Assembly (NCBI RefSeq): GCF_036365525.1
Contig: NC_090375.1
Location: 130,920,002-130,984,001, forward strand
Direction of reading: 5' to 3'
Source of the DNA: Heterodontus francisci
Lineage: Eukaryota
DNA: 64,000 nt
Shown: positions 1 through 10,273 of the stretch, in pieces
Numbering within the stretch: the stretch's first letter is position 1
Layout: each line of letters opens with the position of its first letter
The notes under the pieces: generated by a model
Database searches by the model: none
Told to the model about the DNA's origin: nothing
The model's input: the letters and a program-made list of their open reading frames with translations, nothing else
Made by a program: the position numbers and the translations under genes

Positions 1-127
1 TGCTCATGAGCTTGAATACCTCTATCAACTCTCATGTCAGCTTTCTCTTCAAGGACAACAGTCCCAATTTCTCCAATCTATGTTTATAACTGAAGTTCCT
101 CATCCCCGGAACCAATCTCGTGAATCC
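1..127 (-). mobile_element. CR1-type LINE, 3' (non-inverted) part, runs off the window
   Basis: Reverse complement reads ..FTRLVPGMRNFSY..LEKLGLLSL.., the CR1 ORF2 C-terminal region. Confidence 0.7.
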
Positions 128-1367
128 CAAAGGTTTTTTATAGGCATATGAATAGTAAAAGAGTGGTAAAAGGAGGAGTGGGGCCGATTAGGGACCAACA
201 AGGGAATTTGCACATGGAGGCAGAGGGCATAGCTGAGGTATTAAATGAAAACTTTGCATGTCTTTAGCAAGGAGAAGATGCAAACCAGGCAATGGTGAAA
301 GGAGGTAATTCGGACACGAGAAGGGTTTAAAATTGATAAGGAGGAGTGTCTGTACTTAAAGTGAATAAAGCACCAGGACCAGATGAGAAGCATCCAAAAA
401 TAATTGGGGAAGTGAGAGTGGAAATTGCGGAGGCACTGGCCATAATTTTTCAGTTTTCCTCAGACTCGGGGGTAGTGCCAGAGGACTGGAGAATTGCAAA
501 TGTTCAAAAAAGGGTGTAAAGATAAGCCCAGCAACTACAGGCCAGGTCAGTTTAACTTTGGTGGAGGGGAAACTTCTAGAAAGATTAATTCGTGACAAAA
601 TTAATAGTCACATGGACAAATGCAGGTTAATTAAAGAAAGCCAGCATGGATTTCTTAAGGGAAAGTCATATTTAACTAACTTGCCAGAGTTTTTTGAAGA
701 GATAACAGAGAGGGTTAATGAGAGTAATGCATGGACTTTCAAAAGACGTTTGATACAGTGCCAGACAACAGACTTGTGAGCAAAGTTATAGTCATGGAAT
801 AAATGGGACAGTAGCAACATGGATACGGAATTGGCTGAGTGTAATGGTTAATGAAAGTTTTTCGGGCTGGAGGAAGGTTTGTAGTGGAATTCTCTAGGGG
901 TCAGTGTTTTTGCTTTTCCTAATATACATTAATGACCTAGACGTGGTGTACAGGGCACAATTTCAAAGTTTATGGATAATACAAAACTTGGAAGCATTGC
1001 GAACTGTGAGGAAGAGGACAAAAGAACATAGACAAGTTGGTGGAATGGGCAGACATGTGGCAAATGAAGTTCAATGCAGAGAAGTGTGAAATAATACATT
1101 TTGGTAGCAAGAGCATGGAGAGACAATATAAAATAAAGGGTACCATTCTAAACAGGGTGCAGGAGCAGAGTGACCTGGGTATATATGTGCATAAGTCATT
1201 GAAGGTGGCGGGACAGATTGAGAGAGCAGTAAATAAAGCATCCAGTATCCTGGGCTTTAGTAATAGAGGCATAGAGTCCAAGAGCAAGCAATTATGTAGA
1301 ACTTGTATAAGACACTAGTTCGACCTCGCCTGGAATATTGCCTCCAGTTCCAGGCACCGCACTTTAG
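123..1367 (+). mobile_element. CR1-type LINE ORF2 (RT) fragment, degenerate; inverted 5' part of the same copy
   Basis: ORFs 558-779 (ESQHGFLKGKSYLTNLPEFFEEIT) and 1037-1318 (WQMKFNAEKCEIIHFG..DLGIYVHKSLK) are CR1 RT motifs. Frameshifts present. Confidence 0.9.
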
Positions 1368-1859
1368 CAGCTGAAAAACAGCTTTCATAAACTTGGACAC
1401 AAAATGGATATTTACACATTTTAAGGAATCTTACAGTTTTACACATTTAAGGCAAGAACATTTCTTAAATTTTTGGGGGAAAAGCTTTAAATAGAAAGCA
1501 AAACCTTTTACCAATACAGAGAACTTGGAACATCAACTTTATGTTAGCTGCCTGTGCTTTGTGCTGACAGCCAACATTTTGTGGAACTACCCAGAAAAAA
1601 CAGAACAGATTCGGTGCCGCTTCCCCTAAGCCTGGCTACAAAATGATTCTAGCTGTTGCATTGGTTGGCATCTTTCCATCTACGAAAGATGATGGACATG
1701 CAGCAAACAATCCATTTAGGTGGGGTGCCTTGGTGCTACAAGTACTGCACATGAAGCCGCCAAGTGACGCTTTGAGTTGTTCATTTTGATGTTGGTGCTT
1801 GTTGCCAAGCTGCTGTAGCAACTGGCTGTCATGGTAGTGCACACCGATCCACAGGATGT

Positions 1860-2300
1860 GTTGCCATTTCCCTCTTTCGCCAGCTAGTGACTCTCAGATG
1901 TGATAGTCAACATTTCGGGCCTTCAGGTCACGCTTGCAAGCATCCTTGAAGCAGAGCTTTGGGTGCCCCACTGTTCTTCTGGCACAGGCCACCTCACCAT
2001 ACAGAAGGTCCTTGGATATGCGACTGTCTTCCATCCTGCAGATGTGTCCGATCAACCAAAGCTGCCTCTGTTTGATTAGTGCCAACACACCTGGGAGCTC
2101 TGCCTTTGAGAGGACTGCTGCATTTGTGATTTTGTCCTGCCAGGATATACCCATAATGCGCCACAGACAGTGAAGAAGGAAATTATTGAGCTTCTTTTCC
2201 TGGTAGTTGTAAGTTGCCCATGTTTCACAGCCAAACAGCAAGGTGTTGAGAACACAGGCCTTATAAAGCTGTTGCATATGGTTATGGCAATTCTCTCCAT
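1860..2300 (-). mobile_element. RTE-clade LINE 3' fragment
   Basis: ORF 1894-2319 contains LYKACVLNTLLFGCETW..RIMGISWQDKITNAAVL..GHICRMED..LLYGE, typical of the RTE C-terminus. Confidence 0.85.
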
Positions 2301-2671
2301 AACAGGAGTTCTCACACACTTGTCAGCTGGAATCGTTTCTCAGCAGGACTCAGGAGTAGCACTGAGGGAAGAGGGAAGGGAGGGGGGAAATGGCTGTCAA
2401 AGGAGGAAATTTGACTGTAATGAATGAGGGGTAGAAGGTGGGTGGGGGGGAATAGATGGCAATGAAAGCAGGGAAGGAGATATATTGGAATATCTAGCAT
2501 TAAGCTGTGAAGAAAAATGACTTTTAGAGATGAATTACTGGCCTTTGCATAAAATATTGTGATGAGATTTTTGCATGGGCCTTTTAATTTTCACCAGCGT
2601 TTAATATTTCTGGTACAATGACAATTGATGCTATGGTATCCTGATGACTTTTGACAAGTTTAATAGAAATG

Positions 2672-3063
2672 TCAGCTGTGGCTCAGCTGGTAGCATACTT
2701 GCCTCTCAGTCAGAAGGCTGTGGATTCAAATTCTGAGACTTGACAACAAAAATCTAGGCTTTAGTGCAGTACTGAGGGATGAGATGTTAAATCAAAGCCC
2801 TGCCTGGTCCCTCAGGTGCACATCAAAGATCCCATTTCAAAGGTGAGCAGGGGAGATATCTCCAGTGCCCTAGCTAATTTATCCCTCAATCAACATCACT
2901 GAAATAGATTGTCTAGTCGTTATTATATTGTTGTTTGTGGGAATTGGCTGTGTTTCCTACATTACGACAGTGGCTAAAATTCAAGTGTACTTCCTTGGCT
3001 GTAAAGTGCTTTGGGACATCCTGAGGTCATGAAAGATGCTAGATAAATGAAAGACTTTCTTTC
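2672..3063 (+). mobile_element. tRNA-derived Deu-domain SINE (SacSINE1/AmnSINE-like)
   Basis: A-box tggctcagctgg, B-box-like ggattcaaat, Deu-like core tcaggtgcacatcaaagatccc..atttatccctcaatcaacatcac, and L2-like tail tgtaaagtgctttgggacatcctgagg..ctttctttc. Family name from recall of the consensus. Confidence 0.65.
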
Positions 3064-4082
3064 GTAAGTAGATAACTTTGCAAGAATAACAAAAGCCACT
3101 TAATATCAGGGAAGAAAGATGCACAAGACCAGGATTAGGACCCAAAACAATAAATTCCTGATGATTGAGATGGGTAATTGGGTGAGGGAAGTCACAATGA
3201 GTCTTGTGAACTCAGATCTGAGGTTGATTTCTCTTATCCTTAGCACAGTTTTTGTTAGAAAATATACTTTTAACTTTATTTTATTTGTACCTCGAAACCA
3301 ATTTCCTGTCAATTATAAATACAGCTTCCTGGTAGACTCAGGCTCAACACAACCAATAAGTATAGAACAACAAATCAGAGTTCTGAAAGATGTCACAAAT
3401 ACAATAAAGTACAAATTAGAGGAAGAGATGCTTAAACTGCACATGGTCCTGTCAACTTTTGAGAGCTTGAATGCCTTTCTTTTATCTATCTGTTCTCATT
3501 TCTGACTACTTTTTCTATCTCACTGACTTTATGTATTTTTGTCCCAGTTGAATGAAAGATTTTTGAACTCAGATTTTCTTTAATCTAATTTTTCTGTATC
3601 TTGATGTTTCTCACTCTCTTCCTCACTGTCTCTTAAATTAGTCTCTCAATCTGAATTATTAAGATTTATAGAACAACAGTGAACAACAGGTCTGTCCCAC
3701 ACAACTGTGATGCCTTGTGCATCACAATATGTAAATTCCCCTTCCCACTTGAAATCCAGGTAATATTCTGGGAGAGGTGAAAAACCAGAAACAAATCCAG
3801 ACCAATTAGGGGGGGGGGGAAATCTGGAAAATTCCTCTCCTTATGTGATCAAGACTAATGCACGAGACCACACGAGATACTTCTCTTCCTCGACTTCTTT
3901 GCCTCCATCTCTGGGGATGGGCTGTCCACTAATATTCATTACAAGCCCACTAACTCCCACAACTACCTTGACTTCACTTCCTCACATCCTGCCTCCTGTG
4001 GGGACTCCATTCCATTCTCTCAGTTTCTCCTTTCCGATGCATCTGTCCTGATAATACAACTTTCCATAACAGCACTTCTGAT

Positions 4083-4425
4083 TTTAATTTATTTAAGAGA
4101 TACAACACTGAAACAGACCCTTCGGCCCACCGAGTCTGTGCCGACCAACAACCACCAATTTATACTAATCCTACATTAGCCCCATATTCTTTATCACATC
4201 CCCACCATTCTCCTACCACCTACCTACACTAGGGGCAATTTATAATGGCCAAATTACCTATCAACCTGCAAGTCTTTGGCTGTGGGAGGAAACAGAAGCA
4301 CCCGGCGGAAACCCACACAGACACAGGGAGAACTTACTAACTCCACACAGGCAGTACCCAGAACTGAACCCGGGTTGCTGGAGCTGTGAGGCTGCGGTGC
4401 TAACCACTGCGCCACTGTGCCGCCC
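4083..4425 (-). mobile_element. HE1-like V-SINE inserted in the Penelope copy
   Basis: Reverse complement starts gggcggcacagtggcgcagtggttagcacc (A box), followed by B box, V-domain and the gggccgaaggg tail. PLE sequence resumes on both sides. Confidence 0.9.
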
Positions 4426-5463
4426 TGTGTCTTCCTTTTTCCTCAACTGAGGATTTCCCCCCCACCCTCCACCACCATTGTGGTTGACAGGGCCTTCGAC
4501 CATGCCCAACCCATTTCTCGCACTTCTGCCCTCACCCCTTCCCCTCCCTCCCAGAACCACCTAGTCCTCATTTTCCACGCCACCAGCCTCCACATCCAAA
4601 GAATCATCCACCACCGTTTCGACCACCTCCAGCGTGATGCCACCTCCAAACACATCTTCCCCTCCCCTGTCAGCATTCTGAAGGGACCATTCCCTCTGCG
4701 ACACCCTGGTCCACTCTTCCATCACTCCCGACACCTTGTCCCCTTCCCATTGCACCTTTCCATGCAATCGCAGGAGGTGTAATACCTGCCCTTTTGCCTC
4801 CTCTCTCCTCACCATCCAAGGTCCCAAACACTCCTTCCAGATGAAGCAGCAATTTACTTGTACTTCTTTCAATTTAGTATACCGTATTCGCTGCTCACAA
4901 TGTGGTCGCCTCTACATAGGGGAGACCAAACGTAGATTGGGTGACTGCCTTGCAGAACATCTTCATTCAATCTGCCAGCATAACCCCGAGCTTCCAGTTG
5001 CTTGCCATTTTAATTCACCACCCTGCCCTCACACCCACATTTCTGTCTGGCCTGCTGCAGTGTTCCAATGAAGCTCAACGCAAGCTCGAGGAACAACACC
5101 TCATCTTCCGGTTAGCACTCTACAGCCTTCTGGACTCAACATTGAGTTCAACGATTTCAGAGCATGACTGCCACTTTTATTTATTTATATATATTTTTTT
5201 AACCATGTGCCGGTCTTAAACATGTTTTTCATGCTTTTGCTTTTGGACAGAGCTGTTCATTATTCTGCTATTCACACTCTCTCTGGACTAGTGCTCTGTC
5301 TTTTACTACAACTATTAGCACTCCCTTTGCCTTTTATTCCATGACATTGTTGTCATTTAATCTCTCCTGCCCTCCACCCGATCATACACTTTCCCTTTTT
5401 GTTCTTCTTTCCCCCCTTCCCCCTTTCACTTGCTCAAAGCCTATTACATTTCTAACCTTTGCC

Positions 5464-5500
5464 AGTTCTGATGAAAGGTCACAGACCTGAAACGTTAACC
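5464..5500 (+). ncRNA. Minimal type I hammerhead ribozyme motif (PLE-associated)
   Basis: AGTT-CTGATGA-A-AGGTC/ACA/GACCT-GAAAC-GTT-AAC: canonical core, 5-bp stem II, palindromic AACGTT stem III. Confidence 0.8.
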
Positions 5501-6814
5501 CTGTTTCTCTTTTCACAGATGTTACAAGACCTGCTGAGTATTTCCAGAACTTCCTGCTTCTTTTTCTGATTTCCAGCATCTGCAGTATTTTGCTTTTATA
5601 TTAGCCTGTTTTATAAGTCCATAAGACTTGACAAAATTTGACAAGCCTCAAAGAAGATATCAGCTTGGAAGCAGTTTTTTCCAATGAGGATGTGTAATAG
5701 ATTCCCAGTTAAAGTACTTACTATAATACCTTAAAAAAAGCTGGATGAAAATCTGGATAAGATTGGGGATAAGTATTATTCAGATCCACTTAAATAGAGT
5801 AATTAAGGATGTAAGGAACATGGTGGATCCAAAGCTTTAATCATAAATGTGTGATACCACAAAGCCATCAAGTCAAGGATTCATAATATTGGCTGTAAGA
5901 TGAGTAAGATATTCTCAAATGTTTATTGGTTCTCTTTGGGAAACAGAAACTAAAACTTTGCCAAACCTTTCCTCAGGAGATAAATGACTTCTGTGAAGTC
6001 CTTAATTTGGTTGAATGTATTTAGTTTGTAGAAAGAACGGACCTGGTGATCTGAATGGCTTTTTCACGTTCTATGCTTCTTATGTGTTCACCTCTTGTCA
6101 TGAAGGAGTGTCTTTCTTGATTCCTGTTTTTCCTCAACCATATCATGAGACTTCACCAATTTTATCAACATCAGGGATATGTTAGAACCAGTAAAATGGG
6201 CATTTGATCACAAGTACCTTTTAAGTGTGATGGTGTGTTTATTTTTAAGTAACATATATACATCAAGATAGGTCAGATTTTTAAATCAGAATTGAGTGTT
6301 TGTCGCTCAAAATGGGTAACACTTGAAAAGACTGACTTCAATAATATTTCCACCAACTGACAGCTGCACTGCAAGACTTCTTAAGCATTTGACATGCCCA
6401 TATCACAACAGAAAATCTGTTCAGTTCAGCATGCCAGTTCAATCTGTCTCATAGTTCCTGCCAGTGGTTCAGCCTTTTCAGTCAACCTGGAACCCTGATA
6501 CAATAGTTGTCAAGTAAGTGTAGCAATCCTGATATTTCCGATGCTCTTGCCAGAGGGTCAAAAATACATTTATTGTGAAATATCACTCCCCTGCCTACTG
6601 TGGAAAGATCATATTCAGTTTGTGTTGTACAAAAATGCATTAGCACAGTTTCGTTTTGTAGTGAGTCCAGGTGCTGGCAACATGCAGAGTACTATTAATT
6701 CTAATATGGCAAATTGCCATGGTAACTTCGCAGTGTAATAATCTATAAAGGTAGCATGTTCGAATAAAAATCTTACAGTTGTATTTGATTTCTTGATCCA
6801 AATGTCCAAAAACA

Positions 6815-7160
6815 CCAGTGGCTCAGTGGATAAATGTTATGTATGATGCGGTCCTGTGTCATAAACTCTAGGAAAGACACACAGTTGATCTCTTGTCTTG
6901 ACTCAGTTGGTTAGCCGATCATAGCTGGGATGGAGGTTTGAAGAATGCACTACAATTGGTCTCAATGTACTTGGGAACAGAAAGGGAAAATATGGCCGGA
7001 GCTCCTAGTTGCTATCCAGTTTGGAAATGTGATTGTGTGGACAATAAATTAAGTCAAAATTGGCTCTACAGTCAACTCGGCTATTCATACTTACTGTTCA
7101 CACTCGTTGACAAAGGATCTATATTAGACCAAATGCCAGAGAACCACTGGTTACTATAGA
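6815..7160 (+). mobile_element. Ancient degenerate tRNA-derived SINE (LmeSINE1-like)
   Basis: A-box tggctcagtgga, and blocks gttagccgatcatagctggg..gcactacaattggtctca..gctatccagt resembling a recalled LmeSINE1-type consensus. Heavily diverged. Confidence 0.4.
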
Positions 7161-7500
7161 AATTTTCTCTGCTCTTATAATATGCCAACAAGTGTCATCC
7201 ACAGAAATTAACAGAAGTGCCCCCTTTTTAAACAGCACATTATAAGTAAAACACAAAGAAACTTAGCAAATTAAAGCAAAATGTTGTTCCTAGTTCCCTC
7301 CGGTGCCCACCAATCATGGAAGGCCTCAAGGGTATACCGCATGCTCCCTCTCCAAGGACATCCAGTGTGGGCATAGCTATGGAAGGGAGGCAGACAGTCG
7401 GACCAAACAACCGCTTAGAAACCTATCAGGGAAAAAGGAGAAATAATGGAAATAAAACAAAATAAAAGCATAACACTGAGCTGTGCATCTTCCAGTCAAG

Positions 7501-7514
7501 GAGAGAAATTGAAT
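7501..7514 (+). repeat. Left 14-bp TSD of the palindromic PLE (gagagaaattgaat)
   Basis: Identical to 12605-12618, immediately outside the other end. Confidence 0.92.
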
Positions 7515-7576
7515 CAAAAACAAGAAATGTTGGATTCACTCAGCAGGTCTGGCAGCATCTGTGGAAAGAGAAGCAG

Positions 7577-7613
7577 AGTTAACGTTTCGGGTCAGTGACC
7601 CTTCTTCGGAACT
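7577..7613 (-). ncRNA. Hammerhead ribozyme motif, left PLE arm
   Basis: Reverse complement of 12465-12501. Confidence 0.7.
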
Positions 7614-7993
7614 GACAAATATTAGAAAAGTCACAGATTATAAACAAGTGAGGTGGGGGTGGGGCAAGAGATAACAAAGGAGAAGGTGCAGATTGGACCA
7701 GGCCACATAGCTGACCAAAAGGTCACGGAGCAAAGGCAAACAATATGTTAATGGTGTGTTGAAAGACAAAGCATTAGTACAGATTAGGTGTGAATATACT
7801 GAATTTTGAACATCAGCAAGTGCAAACCTGAAGAAAAACAACCTGAAAAAAACAGTGGGTAAGCAAACTGAACAAACTAAGATGAAATGAAATAAATGCA
7901 AAAAAAGATTGTAAAAAATGTAAAAAGGAATGCAAAAAAAAGGAAGAAAAAATAACTAAAAATGACTAAAAATGAAAGTAAAGTGGGGGGCTG

Positions 7994-10156
7994 TCATGCT
8001 CTGAAATTATTGAACTCAATGTTCAGTCCGGCAGGCTGTAGTGTGCCTAATCGGTAGATGAGATGCTGTTCCTCGAGCTTGCGTTGATGTTCACTGGAAC
8101 ACTGCAGCAATCCCAGGACAGAGATGAGAGCATGAGAGCAGGGGGGAGTGTTGAAATGGCAAGCAACCGGAAGCTCAGGGTCCTGCTTGCGGACTGAGCG
8201 GAGATGTTCCGCAAAGCGGTCACCCAGTCTGCGCTTGGTCTCCCCAATGTAGAGGAGACCACACTGTGAGCAGCGAATACAGTATACTACATTGAAAGAA
8301 GTACAAGTAAATCGCTGCTTCACCTGAAAGGAGTGTTTGGGGCCTGGGATAGTGAGGAGAGAGGAGGTAAATGGGCAGGTATTACACCTCCTGCGATTGC
8401 AAGGGAAGGTGCCCTGGGACGGGGACGAGGTGGTGGGGGTAATGGAGGAGTGGACCAGGGTGTCGCGGAGGGAACGATCCCTTCGGAATGCTGACAGGGG
8501 AAGGGAGGGGAAGATGCGACTGGTAGTGGCATCACGCTGGAGGTGGCGAAAATGGCGGAGGATCATCCTTTGGATATGGAGGCTGGTGGGATGAAAAGTG
8601 AGGACAAGGGGAACCCTGTCACGGTTCTGGGAGGGAGGGGAAGGGGTGAGGGTAGAGGTGCGGGGAATGGGTCGGACACGGTTGAGGGCCCTGTCAACCA
8701 CAGTGGGGGGAAATCCTCGGTTGAGGAAAAAGGAGGTCATATCAGAAGCACCGTCATGGAAGGTAGCATCATCAGAGCAGATGCGTCGGAGACGGAGAAA
8801 CTGGGAGAATGGAATGGAGTCCTTACAGGAGGTAGGGTGTGAAGAAGTGTAGTCGAGGTAGCTGTGGGAGTCAGTGGGCTTGGTAGACAACCTATCCCCA
8901 GAGATGGAGACAGAGAAGTCGAGGAAGGGAAGGGAAGTGTCAGAGATGGACCATGTAAAGGTGAGAGAAGGGTGGAAATTGGAAGCAAAGTTGATAAAGT
9001 TTTCTAGTTCGGTGCGGGAGCAGGAAACGGCACCGATACAGTCATCAATGTACCGGAAAAAGAGTTGGGGGAGGGGGCCTGAGTAGGACTGGAACAAAGA
9101 ATGCTCGACATATCCCACAAAAAGACAGGCATAACTAGGACCCATGCGGGTACCCATAGCGACACCTTTTACTTGAAGGAAATGCATGGAGTTGAAGGAG
9201 AAGTTGTTCAATGTGAGAACAGGTTCAGCCAGGCGGAGGAGGGTGTTGGTGGATGGGGACTGGTTGGGCCTCTGTTCCAGGAAGAAGCGGAGAGCCCTCA
9301 AACCATCCTGGTGGGGGATGGAGGTGTAGAGCGATTGGACGTCCATAGTGAAGAGGAGGCGGTTGGGACCAGGAAACTGGAAATTGTCAAAATGACGTAG
9401 GGCGTCAGAAGAGTCACGGATGTAGGTGGGAAGAGACTGGACCAGCGGAGAAAAGATAGAGTCTAGATAGGAAGAAATAAGTTCAGTTGGGCAGGAGCAG
9501 GCTGACACAATGGGTCTGCCGGGACAGTCCCGTTTGTGGATTTTGGGAAGGAGGTCGAAGCGGGCTGTCCGGGGTTGCGGGACTATGAGGTTGGAAGCTG
9601 TAGAGGGAAGATCTCCAGAGGAGATGAGGTCAGTGACAGTCCTTTGGACGGTGGCTTGATGTTCGGTGGTGGGGTCATGGTCCAGAGGGAGGTAGGAAGA
9701 GGTGTCTGTGAGTTGGCGTTGAGCTTCTGCAAGGTAGAGGTCGGTACGCCATACAACAACAGCACCACCCTTGTCTGCAGGTTTGATGACCATGTCGGGG
9801 TTAGACCTGAGAGAACGGAGTGCCTCAAGTTCAGAGGGGGACAGGTTAGAGTGAGTGAGGGGGGCAGAGAAATTGAGACGACCAATGTCTCGCCGACAGT
9901 TTTCAATGAAGAGATCAAGAGCGGGTAAGAGGCCAGGGTGAGGGGTCCAGGTAGAGGGAGAATGCTGGAGGCGGGTGAATGGGTCTGCTGGTCGGGGGGA
10001 GGACTCCTGGTCGAAGAAGTGAGCCCGGAGGCGGAGGCGACGGAAGAAGAGCTCAACGTCATGCCGAGCGCGAAATTCATTGAGGTGGGGGCGTAAGGGG
10101 ATAAAACTGAGACCTTTGCTGAGTACAGAACGCTCAGCATCAGAGAGGGGGAGGTC
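7994..10156 (-). CDS. Penelope-like RT plus GIY-YIG ORF, left arm (5'-truncated at DLPLSDAERSVLSKGL; 4-aa in-frame deletion)
   Basis: Open frame with KPADKGG, TMDVQSLYTSIP, GVAMGTRMGPSYA, RYIDD, CNRRRCNTC linker, VVYCIRC..YIGET and terminal GLN. The listed extension to 10531 is antisense of the right arm. Confidence 0.9.
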   Translation of the reverse strand, partial: DLPLSDAERSVLSKGLSFIPLRPHLNEFRARHDVELFFRRLRLRAHFFDQESSPRPADPFTRLQHSPSTWTPHPGLLPALDLFIENCRRDIGRLNFSAPLTHSNLSPSELEALRSLRSNPDMVIKPADKGGAVVVWRTDLYLAEAQRQLTDTSSYLPLDHDPTTEHQATVQRTVTDLISSGDLPSTASNLIVPQPRTARFDLLPKIHKRDCPGRPIVSACSCPTELISSYLDSIFSPLVQSLPTYIRDSSDALRHFDNFQFPGPNRLLFTMDVQSLYTSIPHQDGLRALRFFLEQRPNQSPSTNTLLRLAEPVLTLNNFSFNSMHFLQVKGVAMGTRMGPSYACLFVGYVEHSLFQSYSGPLPQLFFRYIDDCIGAVSCSRTELENFINFASNFHPSLTFTWSISDTSLPFLDFSVSISGDRLSTKPTDSHSYLDYTSSHPTSCKDSIPFSQFLRLRRICSDDATFHDGASDMTSFFLNRGFPPTVVDRALNRVRPIPRTSTLTPSPPSQNRDRVPLVLTFHPTSLHIQRMILRHFRHLQRDATTSRIFPSLPLSAFRRDRSLRDTLVHSSITPTTSSPSQGTFPCNRRRCNTCPFTSSLLTIPGPKHSFQVKQRFTCTSFNVVYCIRCSQCGLLYIGETKRRLGDRFAEHLRSVRKQDPELPVACHFNTPPCSHALISVLGLLQCSSEHQRKLEEQHLIYRLGTLQPAGLNIEFNNFRA

Positions 10157-10273
10157 TTCATTGAAAACTGTCGGCGAGACATTGGTCGTCTCAATTTCTC
10201 TGCCCCCCTCACTCACTCTAACCTGTCCCCCTCTGAACTTGAGGCACTCCGTTCTCTCAGGTCTAACCCCGAC

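Larger units (their letters stand above)
3881..5602 (+). mobile_element. Older 5'-truncated Penelope-like element (RT C-term, GIY-YIG, 3' UTR), split by a SINE
   Basis: Collinear with 11131-12604. ORF 4736-5071 has CNRRRCNTC..LVYRIRCSQCGRLYIGETKRRLGD. Frameshifted. Confidence 0.92.

Noticed and set aside
6475-6520. Micro-exon (ttttcag..aa|gtaagt)
   Set aside because: Splice-like signals only; no recognisable peptide or neighbouring exons.
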